Assembly: GCA_964428655.1 (NCBI GenBank)
Contig: CAYRYE010000001.1
Location: 376,406 to 440,405, forward strand
Reading direction: 5' to 3'
DNA: 64,000 bases
Source: an uncultured Gammaproteobacteria bacterium
GTDB taxonomy: Bacteria; Patescibacteriota; Microgenomatia; UBA12405; JAHJSD01
Part shown: one piece after another, positions 27,869-37,561 of the stretch
How positions within the stretch are numbered: the stretch's first letter is position 1
How the letters are laid out: every line of letters starts with the position of its first letter
The notes under the pieces: model-generated
The model's input: the letters and a program-made list of their open reading frames with translations, nothing else
Databases searched by the model: none
Told to the model about the DNA's origin: nothing
Translations under genes and position numbers: made by a program

Positions 27869-30800
27869 ATGAGGCATCGCAAGTTTCTTTTTGGTTTTCT
27901 CCTTATCTTGTTTTTAGTTGGGGGAGCGGTTTCCGTTTCTCGGGTTATAAAAATAGTTCGGGCGGCTGACATTTCAGTTTCTGTTTTTACAGCTGATGAC
28001 TATGATACTTCTGCGGAAGATGTTACTTATGACCTTACTTTTGTCGCACCGGTAGATGAAGATGAATATTATCAATTTGGTCTAATGCGTGTTCGCGGCG
28101 ATCATTCTACGGTCGGGGCTGATTTTGCTAACGCAACCCTTGTTACATTAACTGATGACGGCGCTGATATTTCCGGCAATGTCTCTCTTAGCAAACATAG
28201 CCCTGATGAAACTGGCTATGTTTCTGGATTTACCCTTCTATTTAGTGGCGGACTTACAATAGAGGGAGGCTCAACAGTTGTTGCCAGCTTTGGCGGGATC
28301 ACTAATCCAGTTGGAGAAGGTGCTTTTATACCAAGCATTAGCGGTTCGGATTGGAGCGAAACTAATCAGGGCAGTGCTCCGTCTCAAGCATTTGGAACAC
28401 CATTGGTTAAATTTAAAGTTACTGATCCAGAGGGAACCGTTGTTTCTAATGCTAACATTTGGATTGGAAGCCTTTCGACAATGAACTATTTTAATGCCGG
28501 CGGCGAAACTGATGCCGGTGGACAAACCTTTTTCTTTATAAGTGATTTTTATGGAGTTGATGATGCCGACAGAAGTGGCGATTACTCCGTTGAAATTAAT
28601 CCTCCTTCTGATAGTGAATACACCCGGCCTCCGAATTTTACTATTACATTAGCTGAGGGCGAGACTCTTGATTGTACAAATAAGGGTTCAACTTGCAGTG
28701 AGGATGTTGGTAATGGCCCGATTTTACTAACAAGGCCAATGGCCAAAGGAAAAGTTGTTGTCCCGGCTAATCCTCCAAGCACTGTTACTGCCTTAGCTGG
28801 TTCAGGGGTGGCTAATGTCCAGGTTCAGGTTAGAGATAGTGTCAGTATGGATCCCGGTGCTTCCAATTGGATGTGGACTGATTCTGAAGGAAACTTTAGA
28901 ATAGGCGGTTTATCAGCCGGCACTTATACTATTGAATTTGCCATGGGTTGGGGCAATGAGCAATTTGTTGGCTTATTGGCTCCTGATACAATAACCAACT
29001 TTGTTGTCAATGCTAATGGATCTGTTACTTATAATAGTTCAACTACAGCGGCAGCGAGTTTACCTCGTGATTTTGGCAATCTTGCTTTGCAAGTGGCCAA
29101 TAAAGATATCCTTGGCAAAGTTGTTGACGGTGACGGAAATGGAATTAATGGCATGAGGATTAGGGCCAACAAAATGATGGGGATGGGGGATAGCCAAACC
29201 ACAACAGCCGCTAATGGCACTTATGGTCTTCAAGTTGGCGCTGGTAATTGGTGGATAATGCCGGAGATAGATTATTCCAATAACTATGATGATGACACAA
29301 CTAATGATGTATCAGCTAATTATATTTATTGTGGTATGCCTAAAAATGTTGTTTTTGAGGAAGCCAATTCTGTGGAAGAATCATCTACCGGCAACAATTT
29401 TACTATGAAGCAGGCCACGGCTACAATTACCGGAAGAGTCGTTCTTCCCAATGGATCACCAGTAACAGGCAATGCCGGCGTTAATGCTTTTTCTAAAGGT
29501 GGCTGCGGCGGTTATTCTTCAGTTGATTGGGATGATGGGACTTTCTCAGTATCTGTTCCTCCCGGTACATACAATATTCAGGTTAATTCCTGGAATGAAG
29601 AATATGGAGACCCTGCAACCGAAACAGTTACTGTTACTACAGGGACAACGAATTTAGGTGATTTTTCCTTGGTTGCTAAAGAAGCAAGAATCAGTGGTCG
29701 GCTTTGGGCTGATGCTAATAATAATGACACCTATGATGCTGGCGAAGGAGTGGGTAATACTCGGGTTGAAGCTTTTAAAATGGCCAGAAAATTTGACGAG
29801 TTTTCCATGGGAGGAATGGGCGGCCCAATGGGAGGATCTGATTGGGCGACAACTAACAGCTCTAATGATGCGGCAACAAAGGGGCAGTTTACTCTTTATG
29901 TTACTCAAGGCAGCTGGAATGTCAATGTCATGGCTGATATGGGAATGATGCACGGTGGTTATTCAACCACGGCGACTAATTACATTTACACTGGATCACC
30001 AATTCAGGTTAATATTACCTCTGCTACTGGAACAAGTACAGGAAATAACTTTGAGTTAAAAGTTGCCGACGCCACTATTAATGGTCGTTTGTGGAATGAT
30101 ATTAATGAAGATGGTGAGTTTGATAATGGTGAGGGGGTTCCCGGTGTGTTTGGCTATGCTTTTGCTGAACCTGATGGTGCCTTTAATCAAGGCCCGATGA
30201 TGGGCATGGGCATGGGAGCGGGAATTAATAATGGCAGTTTTACAATTAAAGTCCCTGCCGGAACCTATCGAGTGGGAGTTGATTTCCCTCCTGACATGGC
30301 TGGATATACCCCATCTGCTATGGCCACTGTTACTGTTGCCGAGAGCGGAACGGCAACTGTAAACGTTCCCGTTATTGAAAACAATGCCATAGTTGCTATG
30401 TGTTTTAAAGATGTTGATGGCAATGCAGTTACTTCTCTTCAATATGCAGAAACCTTTTTAAACAATTCAGCCGGAGCCCACCAGTGGCAAATGTTTTCTA
30501 CAGAAAATCTTACTACCGGTTGTGCCAATATTACTACGGCCGCTGGAGAGTGGTATATTGGCTATCACATAGATCCAACCACTGATAATTATATGAGTGA
30601 GCCTATGTCTGATAACAAAGTGACCGCTATCGCCGATGATACTGTTACTAAAAACATTACCTTAAGGGTAGCGGATTCAACCGTTAGCGGCACTGTTTAT
30701 GACCCCAGCGGCAGCCCCTTGGCCGGTGTATTTATTTCAACAGACAATCGTAAAGCAGCCGGGTTTGATATGGCCGGACCAATGTTTATGCGGGGTGAAG

Positions 30801-32443
30801 TAACTGAAAATGATGGCGCTTATTCTTTAACCTTACCGGCCGGCACTTATAAAGTAGAAGCCCGTTTCCCTCCATCAGCCGTTGTTGGCGGACAAACCGT
30901 TACTTATTTAAATCCTGACGGGCAAGAAGTAACCATTTCGGCAGATTCTCCGGTAACAGCTAACTTTACTTTTCAAGAGTCTGATGCGACGATTACCGGA
31001 ACAGTGACCTTGGATGGAAATGATCAAGGAGCTTTCATTAGCGCTTACTCTGATGTTAGCGGCTACAATGAGACTATCACTACCAACGGCAGCTATACTC
31101 TTAATGTAACCAAAGATGATACTTGGTATTTGCGGGCAATGTACGAAACTGGGAACGACTTTTATCAATCTGATATTCATGAAGTTGCCATGGGCGGCAA
31201 TACTACACAATCTCAAGATTTAGCAATGTCAGTTGTTTCTTTCACTATTCCTGATCCTGTTTCAACCACATTTAATTGCGCTAACGCTAAACAAGTAACT
31301 CTTTCTAATGGCGCCAGCCTTTCAATTCCTGCCAGCGCCATTGTACCTGCTTCCGTGGATTCTTGCGACTCTACTGATTCAGGCAGCAATATTACTTTAA
31401 ACATTAATCCAACGGCTCAAATGTCTTTGCAAGACCAATCAATTCCTATTGGTGTTGGTTACGAAATTTCGGCTTCCGACAGCAACGGAAGCACTATTTC
31501 TGATACTTTTAATTCAAATGTCACTCTTACTATTCCCTATACTGATGAGGAAATAGAGGCGGCAATTGGAGGAACAATTGACGAAGAGCTTTTGGGTAAT
31601 GGGTATTGGGACACATCAACTTCAGCTTGGCGGAGCGTTGATAGTCAGGTTTTAGACGCAGATAATGACACTTTGACTATTTCTACCAACCACTTTACTT
31701 TGTTTGGAGTGCTGGCGGCAACTGATGCTTCAACTACTGGAGGGGATTCTGGTGATGATTCTGTTAGTAGCGGAGCAGCAGCTGGCACCACTGCCTCAGG
31801 TGGAGTTTCCAAGCCAATGGCTCCCAAAAACACAGGCTCAATTGTTGAGGGAGCAGTTAATCGAGTCACTCTGATGATTCCTTCGGGAGCCTTGAAGTGG
31901 GACGGTGATTTTGAAATTAACAAATTAGAATCTGGTTTTAATAAACCTAGGCCTCCACTTTGGATTGCCTCTGGGCCGTATAAAGTAGTTATGAAGTCTT
32001 GGTGGAATGGAGCAGAGTTTTCTGATTTTAAAAAGCCGGTCATATTAATAGTCAGATATGACCCCACTGCTTTAGGAGAGATTCCGGAATCATCTCTAAG
32101 ATTAAATTACTATGATTCCGTCAAAGGTTACTGGAGGCCCATTAGCTCCCTTCTTATCAAGGACAGACATGAAGTGGCCGCCGTTATTGACCAAATCCAT
32201 GGCACTTATGCTCTAATTGGCGGTTTTGGTTACCAAGGGGCGCCGGCTTACACGGGCACTACCGTTACTGCTGAAGCAGGGTCAGAAGAAATAGGAATAA
32301 CTGAAGAATTATTGCCGACTGAAGAAATCAAGGAAGAAACCAAACATCCAACAGCGGTTAGCGAACCGGTTGAACAGGAACCGGCTCCTAAAGAGAGTTG
32401 GTTGAGACGGCTCTTGAAGAAAATCTTTCCCTTTCTGCGCTGA
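27869..32443 (+). CDS. Large secreted/surface protein with repeated beta-sandwich (carboxypeptidase-regulatory/SdrD B-like) domains and two C-terminal ZU5/GAIN-like modules
   Basis: Signal peptide/TM ending VRAA; repeated I.G.V...G....G.Y.V units; DxNxxxxxDxGE Ca-loop motifs; Thr/Ser/Gly/Asp-rich; NHFT motif; basic amphipathic C-terminus; TTGACA at 27827 upstream. Confidence 0.8.
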   Translation: MRHRKFLFGFLLILFLVGGAVSVSRVIKIVRAADISVSVFTADDYDTSAEDVTYDLTFVAPVDEDEYYQFGLMRVRGDHSTVGADFANATLVTLTDDGADISGNVSLSKHSPDETGYVSGFTLLFSGGLTIEGGSTVVASFGGITNPVGEGAFIPSISGSDWSETNQGSAPSQAFGTPLVKFKVTDPEGTVVSNANIWIGSLSTMNYFNAGGETDAGGQTFFFISDFYGVDDADRSGDYSVEINPPSDSEYTRPPNFTITLAEGETLDCTNKGSTCSEDVGNGPILLTRPMAKGKVVVPANPPSTVTALAGSGVANVQVQVRDSVSMDPGASNWMWTDSEGNFRIGGLSAGTYTIEFAMGWGNEQFVGLLAPDTITNFVVNANGSVTYNSSTTAAASLPRDFGNLALQVANKDILGKVVDGDGNGINGMRIRANKMMGMGDSQTTTAANGTYGLQVGAGNWWIMPEIDYSNNYDDDTTNDVSANYIYCGMPKNVVFEEANSVEESSTGNNFTMKQATATITGRVVLPNGSPVTGNAGVNAFSKGGCGGYSSVDWDDGTFSVSVPPGTYNIQVNSWNEEYGDPATETVTVTTGTTNLGDFSLVAKEARISGRLWADANNNDTYDAGEGVGNTRVEAFKMARKFDEFSMGGMGGPMGGSDWATTNSSNDAATKGQFTLYVTQGSWNVNVMADMGMMHGGYSTTATNYIYTGSPIQVNITSATGTSTGNNFELKVADATINGRLWNDINEDGEFDNGEGVPGVFGYAFAEPDGAFNQGPMMGMGMGAGINNGSFTIKVPAGTYRVGVDFPPDMAGYTPSAMATVTVAESGTATVNVPVIENNAIVAMCFKDVDGNAVTSLQYAETFLNNSAGAHQWQMFSTENLTTGCANITTAAGEWYIGYHIDPTTDNYMSEPMSDNKVTAIADDTVTKNITLRVADSTVSGTVYDPSGSPLAGVFISTDNRKAAGFDMAGPMFMRGEVTENDGAYSLTLPAGTYKVEARFPPSAVVGGQTVTYLNPDGQEVTISADSPVTANFTFQESDATITGTVTLDGNDQGAFISAYSDVSGYNETITTNGSYTLNVTKDDTWYLRAMYETGNDFYQSDIHEVAMGGNTTQSQDLAMSVVSFTIPDPVSTTFNCANAKQVTLSNGASLSIPASAIVPASVDSCDSTDSGSNITLNINPTAQMSLQDQSIPIGVGYEISASDSNGSTISDTFNSNVTLTIPYTDEEIEAAIGGTIDEELLGNGYWDTSTSAWRSVDSQVLDADNDTLTISTNHFTLFGVLAATDASTTGGDSGDDSVSSGAAAGTTASGGVSKPMAPKNTGSIVEGAVNRVTLMIPSGALKWDGDFEINKLESGFNKPRPPLWIASGPYKVVMKSWWNGAEFSDFKKPVILIVRYDPTALGEIPESSLRLNYYDSVKGYWRPISSLLIKDRHEVAAVIDQIHGTYALIGGFGYQGAPAYTGTTVTAEAGSEEIGITEELLPTEEIKEETKHPTAVSEPVEQEPAPKESWLRRLLKKIFPFLR

Positions 32444-32550
32444 ATAAGTCTGTTCCGCACTCACCTACTTTGATTTTTGCTAAATATGGGTCGAACGACG
32501 GTAGGAGCGAATCGGATATGCTGTGTTAGATGATAGTTGTATTGATTTTT

Positions 32551-33222
32551 TTAATCAGTAAATTTGAAAGTGGAAAGCATTTGATCAAAAATTGCCTCTT
32601 TTTCTTCTTCTGTTTTAGATCTCCACCATTCGTTTCCTGCGAGATCAATACATTTAATCTGATAAATTTTGTTATTATATTCACTATATATTACATCTCT
32701 TGCAGAACTTGCGCCAGGAGGGCATGGGCCAAGATTTTTTATGCGCAAAGCAAGTGAGCCTGCCAAGGTATAGTTTTTTAAAGAAATCTTGTTCATATCA
32801 AGATAATTGTTAGTATCTCTAGGGCCGCCGCAAGTTTCATTCTTCTTTATCCAATTGGTTAAAGAATCTTCCGTAGCTTCGTGAATCATGATATATACAT
32901 CACCATGTATGAGCCAAATATAATCGTTGGATTCTTGTGGGCCTTCTGACTCCTGAGGATATTTTATTTCAAACCCATATTCTTCATTCCTATATATCTT
33001 CCAACTCTCGTATGGATCATTCTCTACTTCCTCCTCCTTTATTTCTGGTAATTGAGTAATTTGACCTTCTAACTCCTTAATCCTTTCTTTTTCAAAACTA
33101 CTTTTCTGCCACCAGCCTCCGACAACTAGGGCAGTAATGATCAAAAAAACAACAAATACCCAAATGAACTTTCGCCATTGAATGGGACTATTAAATTGTG
33201 GATTGTTTTGTTGTGTATTCAT
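32551..33222 (-). CDS. Single-TM extracytoplasmic protein with PsbP-like domain
   Basis: N-terminal TM, WKIYRNEEYGFEIKYP, C-terminal FDQMLSTFKF; TGcTAAAAT 9 nt upstream. Confidence 0.75.
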   Translation of the reverse strand: MNTQQNNPQFNSPIQWRKFIWVFVVFLIITALVVGGWWQKSSFEKERIKELEGQITQLPEIKEEEVENDPYESWKIYRNEEYGFEIKYPQESEGPQESNDYIWLIHGDVYIMIHEATEDSLTNWIKKNETCGGPRDTNNYLDMNKISLKNYTLAGSLALRIKNLGPCPPGASSARDVIYSEYNNKIYQIKCIDLAGNEWWRSKTEEEKEAIFDQMLSTFKFTD

Positions 33223-33273
33223 ATGTCTATTATTTTAGCAAAAACTATGCAGATTTAAAAAAATCAGCACAAA

Positions 33274-33483
33274 TTACTTCTCATTTCCAAGTTTATTAAG
33301 CCTCTCTCTAAGTCGTAAGGTACTCCATTGCCATCTTGCCAATCTACTAGCTCTTGCTTGCCGCCTTTTTGGAGTTTCAAGAGGCCGTGGATGCTCTGCT
33401 GCTACATGATGAGCATTAATTAAAGCACTTGCTCCGGCAACTACTATTCTTCTAAGTGTCCAATTTTCTTTATTGACTGTCAT
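33274..33483 (-). CDS. Small orphan Arg-rich protein (69 aa)
   Basis: AGAGGTGA SD-like site upstream of ATG; fills an intergenic gap. Confidence 0.45.
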   Translation of the reverse strand: MTVNKENWTLRRIVVAGASALINAHHVAAEHPRPLETPKRRQARASRLARWQWSTLRLRERLNKLGNEK

Positions 33484-33640
33484 GGTTTTGATTCACCTCT
33501 TTCTTTGAGCTTGTCTTTTTTCTGCTCCCTTCAAAGATTATGTTTAATCATTATTATCATACTATGCTGATTGGGAAATTGCCAGATGTTTTTCTACACT
33601 TGAATAGATCATTCCCGCTGGCTATAATTCAGATTACGCA

Positions 33641-34837
33641 ATGATTAAGTATATCTTTAAACTTTTCTTATTCCTTCAGATAATTTTTATTTTTTCATGG
33701 TTTTCGGGAAAGAGTTTTCTGCCTCTAAAGGAGGCGTTTTTGGGTAGAGGGTTGGGGGAACTCACTGATCAACCTTTAATTTGGAGTCGAGCCAATTTTG
33801 ACGGTTTTTATTATGCTAAGATTGCTCGCGACGGCTACCAGTATCTCCAGCAAGCTTTTTTTCCTTTTTATCCGAGATTAATTGAGCTTCTTCAGCCGAT
33901 TTTTCAAAGCTTTATTGTTTCTGGAATTTTTATTTCCTCATTGTTTTTTATTTTTTGCCTTTGGCTGTTGGCAAAAATTTTAAAAGAGGAGGGCGAAAAA
34001 GAAGAGACGATAAAAAAAACCCTCCTCTTTTTAGTTTTGTTTCCTACTAGTTTTTACTTTATTTCCGTTTACACGGAATCGCTGTTTTTTTTCCTTGTTC
34101 TTTTGGTTTTTTGGTTAGCGAAGAAGAAAAAGTGGTTTTGGGTTGGCTTAGTGGCAGGGCTAGCCTCTTATACCCGCCTGGTGGGCATCTTTCTTTTTCC
34201 TGCTTTAGTCTATGAATATTACGAAGGCGAGAGCAAAAGGAGAATGAAAGAAAGAGTGGCGGTGGCAAAGAAAACGTTGGCCGCCAGGTTGAACTTTAAA
34301 TATTTAACTTATTTTTTCAAAAGCCGCCGGCGTCATATTAAAAATTTATTCTTTATCTCTCTTTCCTCTTGGGGTCTTCTTGGTTATATGAGTTATTTAC
34401 AAAAAACAATGCAAGATTATTTCTATTTTATTAAAGTTCAATCAGGTTTCGGAGCCCAACGAGATGTGAGTAGAATAATAATGATTTATCAGGTCTTTTG
34501 GCGTTATTTAAAAATGATTTTGACGGTTAACTTCAGAGATCCAATTTACTTTACAATATGGTTGGAGCTTTTAGTTAGCTCTTTGTTCTTGATATTGCTG
34601 GTATTGGCTTGGTGGAAATTCAAGTTGCGTCAGTCATGGCTTGTTTTTTCTGTCTTAGCCTACATCTTGCCGACTTTAACCGGTACTTTTTCCTCAATGC
34701 CCCGCTATGCGTTGGTTTGTTTTCCCTGCTTTTTAGTTTTGGCCAAGCTTAAGCTGCCTAAATGGGTTTATCCTGTTAGTGGAGGGCTTCTCTTGCTTTG
34801 TTCTGCCTTATTTGTCAGAGGTTACTGGATAGGGTGA
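33641..34837 (+). CDS. PIG-V/GT76-like mannosyltransferase (GT-C)
   Basis: ANFDGFYYAKIARDGY, AFFPFYP, YTESLF, SMPRY. Confidence 0.8.
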   Translation: MIKYIFKLFLFLQIIFIFSWFSGKSFLPLKEAFLGRGLGELTDQPLIWSRANFDGFYYAKIARDGYQYLQQAFFPFYPRLIELLQPIFQSFIVSGIFISSLFFIFCLWLLAKILKEEGEKEETIKKTLLFLVLFPTSFYFISVYTESLFFFLVLLVFWLAKKKKWFWVGLVAGLASYTRLVGIFLFPALVYEYYEGESKRRMKERVAVAKKTLAARLNFKYLTYFFKSRRRHIKNLFFISLSSWGLLGYMSYLQKTMQDYFYFIKVQSGFGAQRDVSRIIMIYQVFWRYLKMILTVNFRDPIYFTIWLELLVSSLFLILLVLAWWKFKLRQSWLVFSVLAYILPTLTGTFSSMPRYALVCFPCFLVLAKLKLPKWVYPVSGGLLLLCSALFVRGYWIG

Positions 34838-36282
34838 TTGCTAAGCGCATTTTTGTTTTCGGTCTTGACGGAGCTACTTGGAAGATTATTGATAGTTTTA
34901 TCAAAAAAGGGCATTTGCCATTTATTAAAAAGTTGATTTCTCAGGGGGCTAGGAAAGAATTAATTAGTACTATTCCACCAAGAACTGCTCCGGCCTGGTC
35001 TTCATTTATCACTGGCCAAAATCCAGGCGAGCATGGAGTTTTTGATTTTGTTGTTAGAAATAATGTTTTTGGCAAGGAAAAAAAGAAACTTGTTAATGGC
35101 AGTTGGCTAAAGACTAAGTTTTGGCAGGCGTGGGAAAAAGATGGAAAAAGGATTGCTTTAATTAATCTTCCCATGACTTATCCGATCGAAGAAGTAAATG
35201 GAGTGGTGGTTTCTTCAATATTAACACCAAGGGGCAAAAAATGGTTTTATCCTCAAGAATTAGGGAAAGTACTTAAAGAGGTGGGTTATGAAATGGAAAA
35301 TTTTGGTTTTTTAGAAAGAGCTTCTAAATCAAAGATATCTTCCAGGGAAATTTTTGCAAAGATTAAGAAAATGGCCGAGGCAAAGTTTTTATTAGCTCGT
35401 CGGTTGTTGGAAAAAAAAGATTGGGATTTCTTTTTCCTGCTTTTCAGCGAAACCGATTGGATTCAACACTTGTTTTGGCGAGGTGGCCAAACTTTAAAAA
35501 TCTATCAAAAAATTGACCAGTACTTGGAAACGCTCTATGAGATTTTAAGAAAAAAATATGGAGCAAGAAATTTTTCTTTTTTTGTTATTTCTGATCATGG
35601 CTTTCATTTGGCTCCAGGAGTTCACTTTAATGTTTATCCCTGGTTAAGGAAAAACAAGTTTCTAAGACCTTCACCAAGAGCTTTTTTAGGCAGAGTTTTG
35701 CGAAAGTTTTCCTTTTGGGAAGAAGATAAAACCAAAAGTAGATTTGGCGATTGGGGGCAAAGCAGTATTTTAAAAACTGGCTCTTTTGGTTTTTGGCTGA
35801 ACAAGAAAGTTTTGGGAAAAAAATACAATTCATTTAGAAATAATTTAATAAAAGAGTTGGGAAACTTGAAGTTCGAGAACGGCAAAAAGATTTTTAGGAT
35901 GGTGGCTAAGAGAGAAGATGTTTATTGGGGTAGGAAGCTTAAAGATTTTTGGGATATTATTTGGTTGACCAACTCTTATTTCACCATCGGACCTTGCTCG
36001 ATTGAAAGAAAACTTTTTGTTCCCAGGGAAAAAGGGGTTAAGGCAACCCATGATTCAGATAGAAAAGGCATTTTTTTGGTTAAAGGTGTAGGAATCAAAA
36101 GCCAGCTTCGCCGTTGGCTGGATAGGGAACTTTATATTTGGAACATGGCCGATATTTTTAATCAGATTTTTAATTATGATGGTAAAATTATTAGTGGTCA
36201 AACTGGGGCAAAAAGGAGTAAATTCGATAAAGCTGGAGAAAAAGAAATAATAGCCAGGTTAAAGGCGTTGGGATATGTTTAA
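34834..36282 (+). CDS. Alkaline phosphatase superfamily (nucleotide pyrophosphatase/phosphodiesterase-like) protein
   Basis: GLDGATW, STIPPRTAPAWSSFITGQNPGEHGVFDF, SDHGF, C-terminal RLKALGY; GTG overlaps the upstream stop. Confidence 0.85.
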   Translation: MIAKRIFVFGLDGATWKIIDSFIKKGHLPFIKKLISQGARKELISTIPPRTAPAWSSFITGQNPGEHGVFDFVVRNNVFGKEKKKLVNGSWLKTKFWQAWEKDGKRIALINLPMTYPIEEVNGVVVSSILTPRGKKWFYPQELGKVLKEVGYEMENFGFLERASKSKISSREIFAKIKKMAEAKFLLARRLLEKKDWDFFFLLFSETDWIQHLFWRGGQTLKIYQKIDQYLETLYEILRKKYGARNFSFFVISDHGFHLAPGVHFNVYPWLRKNKFLRPSPRAFLGRVLRKFSFWEEDKTKSRFGDWGQSSILKTGSFGFWLNKKVLGKKYNSFRNNLIKELGNLKFENGKKIFRMVAKREDVYWGRKLKDFWDIIWLTNSYFTIGPCSIERKLFVPREKGVKATHDSDRKGIFLVKGVGIKSQLRRWLDRELYIWNMADIFNQIFNYDGKIISGQTGAKRSKFDKAGEKEIIARLKALGYV

Positions 36283-37561
36283 AAAGCTTCTTAAGAATCA
36301 ATTAGTAAAAGGGAGCGCTGTTCTTTTTGTTGGCAGCACCATTGTTAACCTGGCTAATTATCTTTATCATCTCTTGATGGGCAGAATGCTGGGGCCGGTC
36401 GACTATGGCATTTTAGCCTCGCTAATTTCCCTAATTTATTTACTAACCATTCCCAATACCACCTTGATGTTGGTAGCAGTCAAATATGTTTCTTCTTTTT
36501 TCAGTAAAGGGAGATTGGGGGCAATATCCTCATTTTATTCCTGGTTGAACAAAAAATTGACAATAGTTATTTTTTTTGGTGTTCTATTTTTGGTGTTTTC
36601 GTCTTCACGGATTGCCCATTTCCTTCACTTGGATTCAGCTCTTTTGGTTTTCTTAGTTTCCCTCTTTGGTCTGATTAGTCTTTATGCCAGCGTTAATTTA
36701 TCTGTTTTACAAGGCTTTCTTCAGTTTGGTTTGATTTCTTTGCTAGGTGTAATTCAAGCAGCCGTAAAATTCTTTTTAGGTATTTTGCTTGTTTTTTTAG
36801 GAATGAGGGTTTTGGGCGCAGCACTGTCGATAATTACAGGAGGCTTGATTGTTCTGTTTCTTTCTTGGATTTTGGTTAATCGTTTTCTAAAAGATGGTAG
36901 GAAGAATGATGTTGAGATAAAAGAAAGAAGGATTTTAAGCTACGCTTTGCCTGTTTTTTTATCCACTTTATCTTTTACTTCTCTTTACACCACTGATTTG
37001 GTTTTAGCCAAACATTTTTTGTCAGCCCAAGACGCTGGTTTTTATGCCAGCTTGTCAATGCTGGGTAAAATAATATTTTTTGCCGCCAGCCCTTTGGTAA
37101 CAGTTATGTTTCCCGTAGTGGCTAATTATTTTGAAAAAGGCAAGAACTATATGAAAGTCTTTAATCTTAGCTTTCTTGTCACTTTGTTTCTTTCTTTAGG
37201 AATAACAGCTGTTTATCTTGCTTTTCCTAAATTAATGGTTAAAATGCTTTATGGAGAGAGCTTCCTGCCTGCGGCAAAATATTTGCCAATCTTCGCCCTC
37301 TTTTTAGCTTTTTACTCGCTTTCTTATCTTCTGGTTAATTTTTACCTTTCGATTAAAAAGACAAATATTGTTATCTTTCCTATTTTAACTGCCCTTATTC
37401 AGGTTTTTTTAATTTGTTTCTTTCATCAGAGTCTGGCTCAATTGGTTTGGGTTTCTGTTAGCGTTTTGGGCTTGTTGCTATTGAGCCTCTTATTGTATCA
37501 TTGGCTTAGTGGCGGCAAAAAAAAGAGAATCATTCCTCTCAGTAATAATTCCTGCCTATAA
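36275..37561 (+). CDS. wzx: Wzx-like polysaccharide flippase
   Basis: NYLYHLLMGRMLGP.DYG, TDLVLAKHFL...AGFY, about 12 TMs. Confidence 0.8.
   Translation: MFKKLLKNQLVKGSAVLFVGSTIVNLANYLYHLLMGRMLGPVDYGILASLISLIYLLTIPNTTLMLVAVKYVSSFFSKGRLGAISSFYSWLNKKLTIVIFFGVLFLVFSSSRIAHFLHLDSALLVFLVSLFGLISLYASVNLSVLQGFLQFGLISLLGVIQAAVKFFLGILLVFLGMRVLGAALSIITGGLIVLFLSWILVNRFLKDGRKNDVEIKERRILSYALPVFLSTLSFTSLYTTDLVLAKHFLSAQDAGFYASLSMLGKIIFFAASPLVTVMFPVVANYFEKGKNYMKVFNLSFLVTLFLSLGITAVYLAFPKLMVKMLYGESFLPAAKYLPIFALFLAFYSLSYLLVNFYLSIKKTNIVIFPILTALIQVFLICFFHQSLAQLVWVSVSVLGLLLLSLLLYHWLSGGKKKRIIPLSNNSCL

Noticed and set aside
32530-32757. 75-aa + strand Cys-containing ORF
   Set aside because: Antisense to the PsbP-like gene 32551-33222
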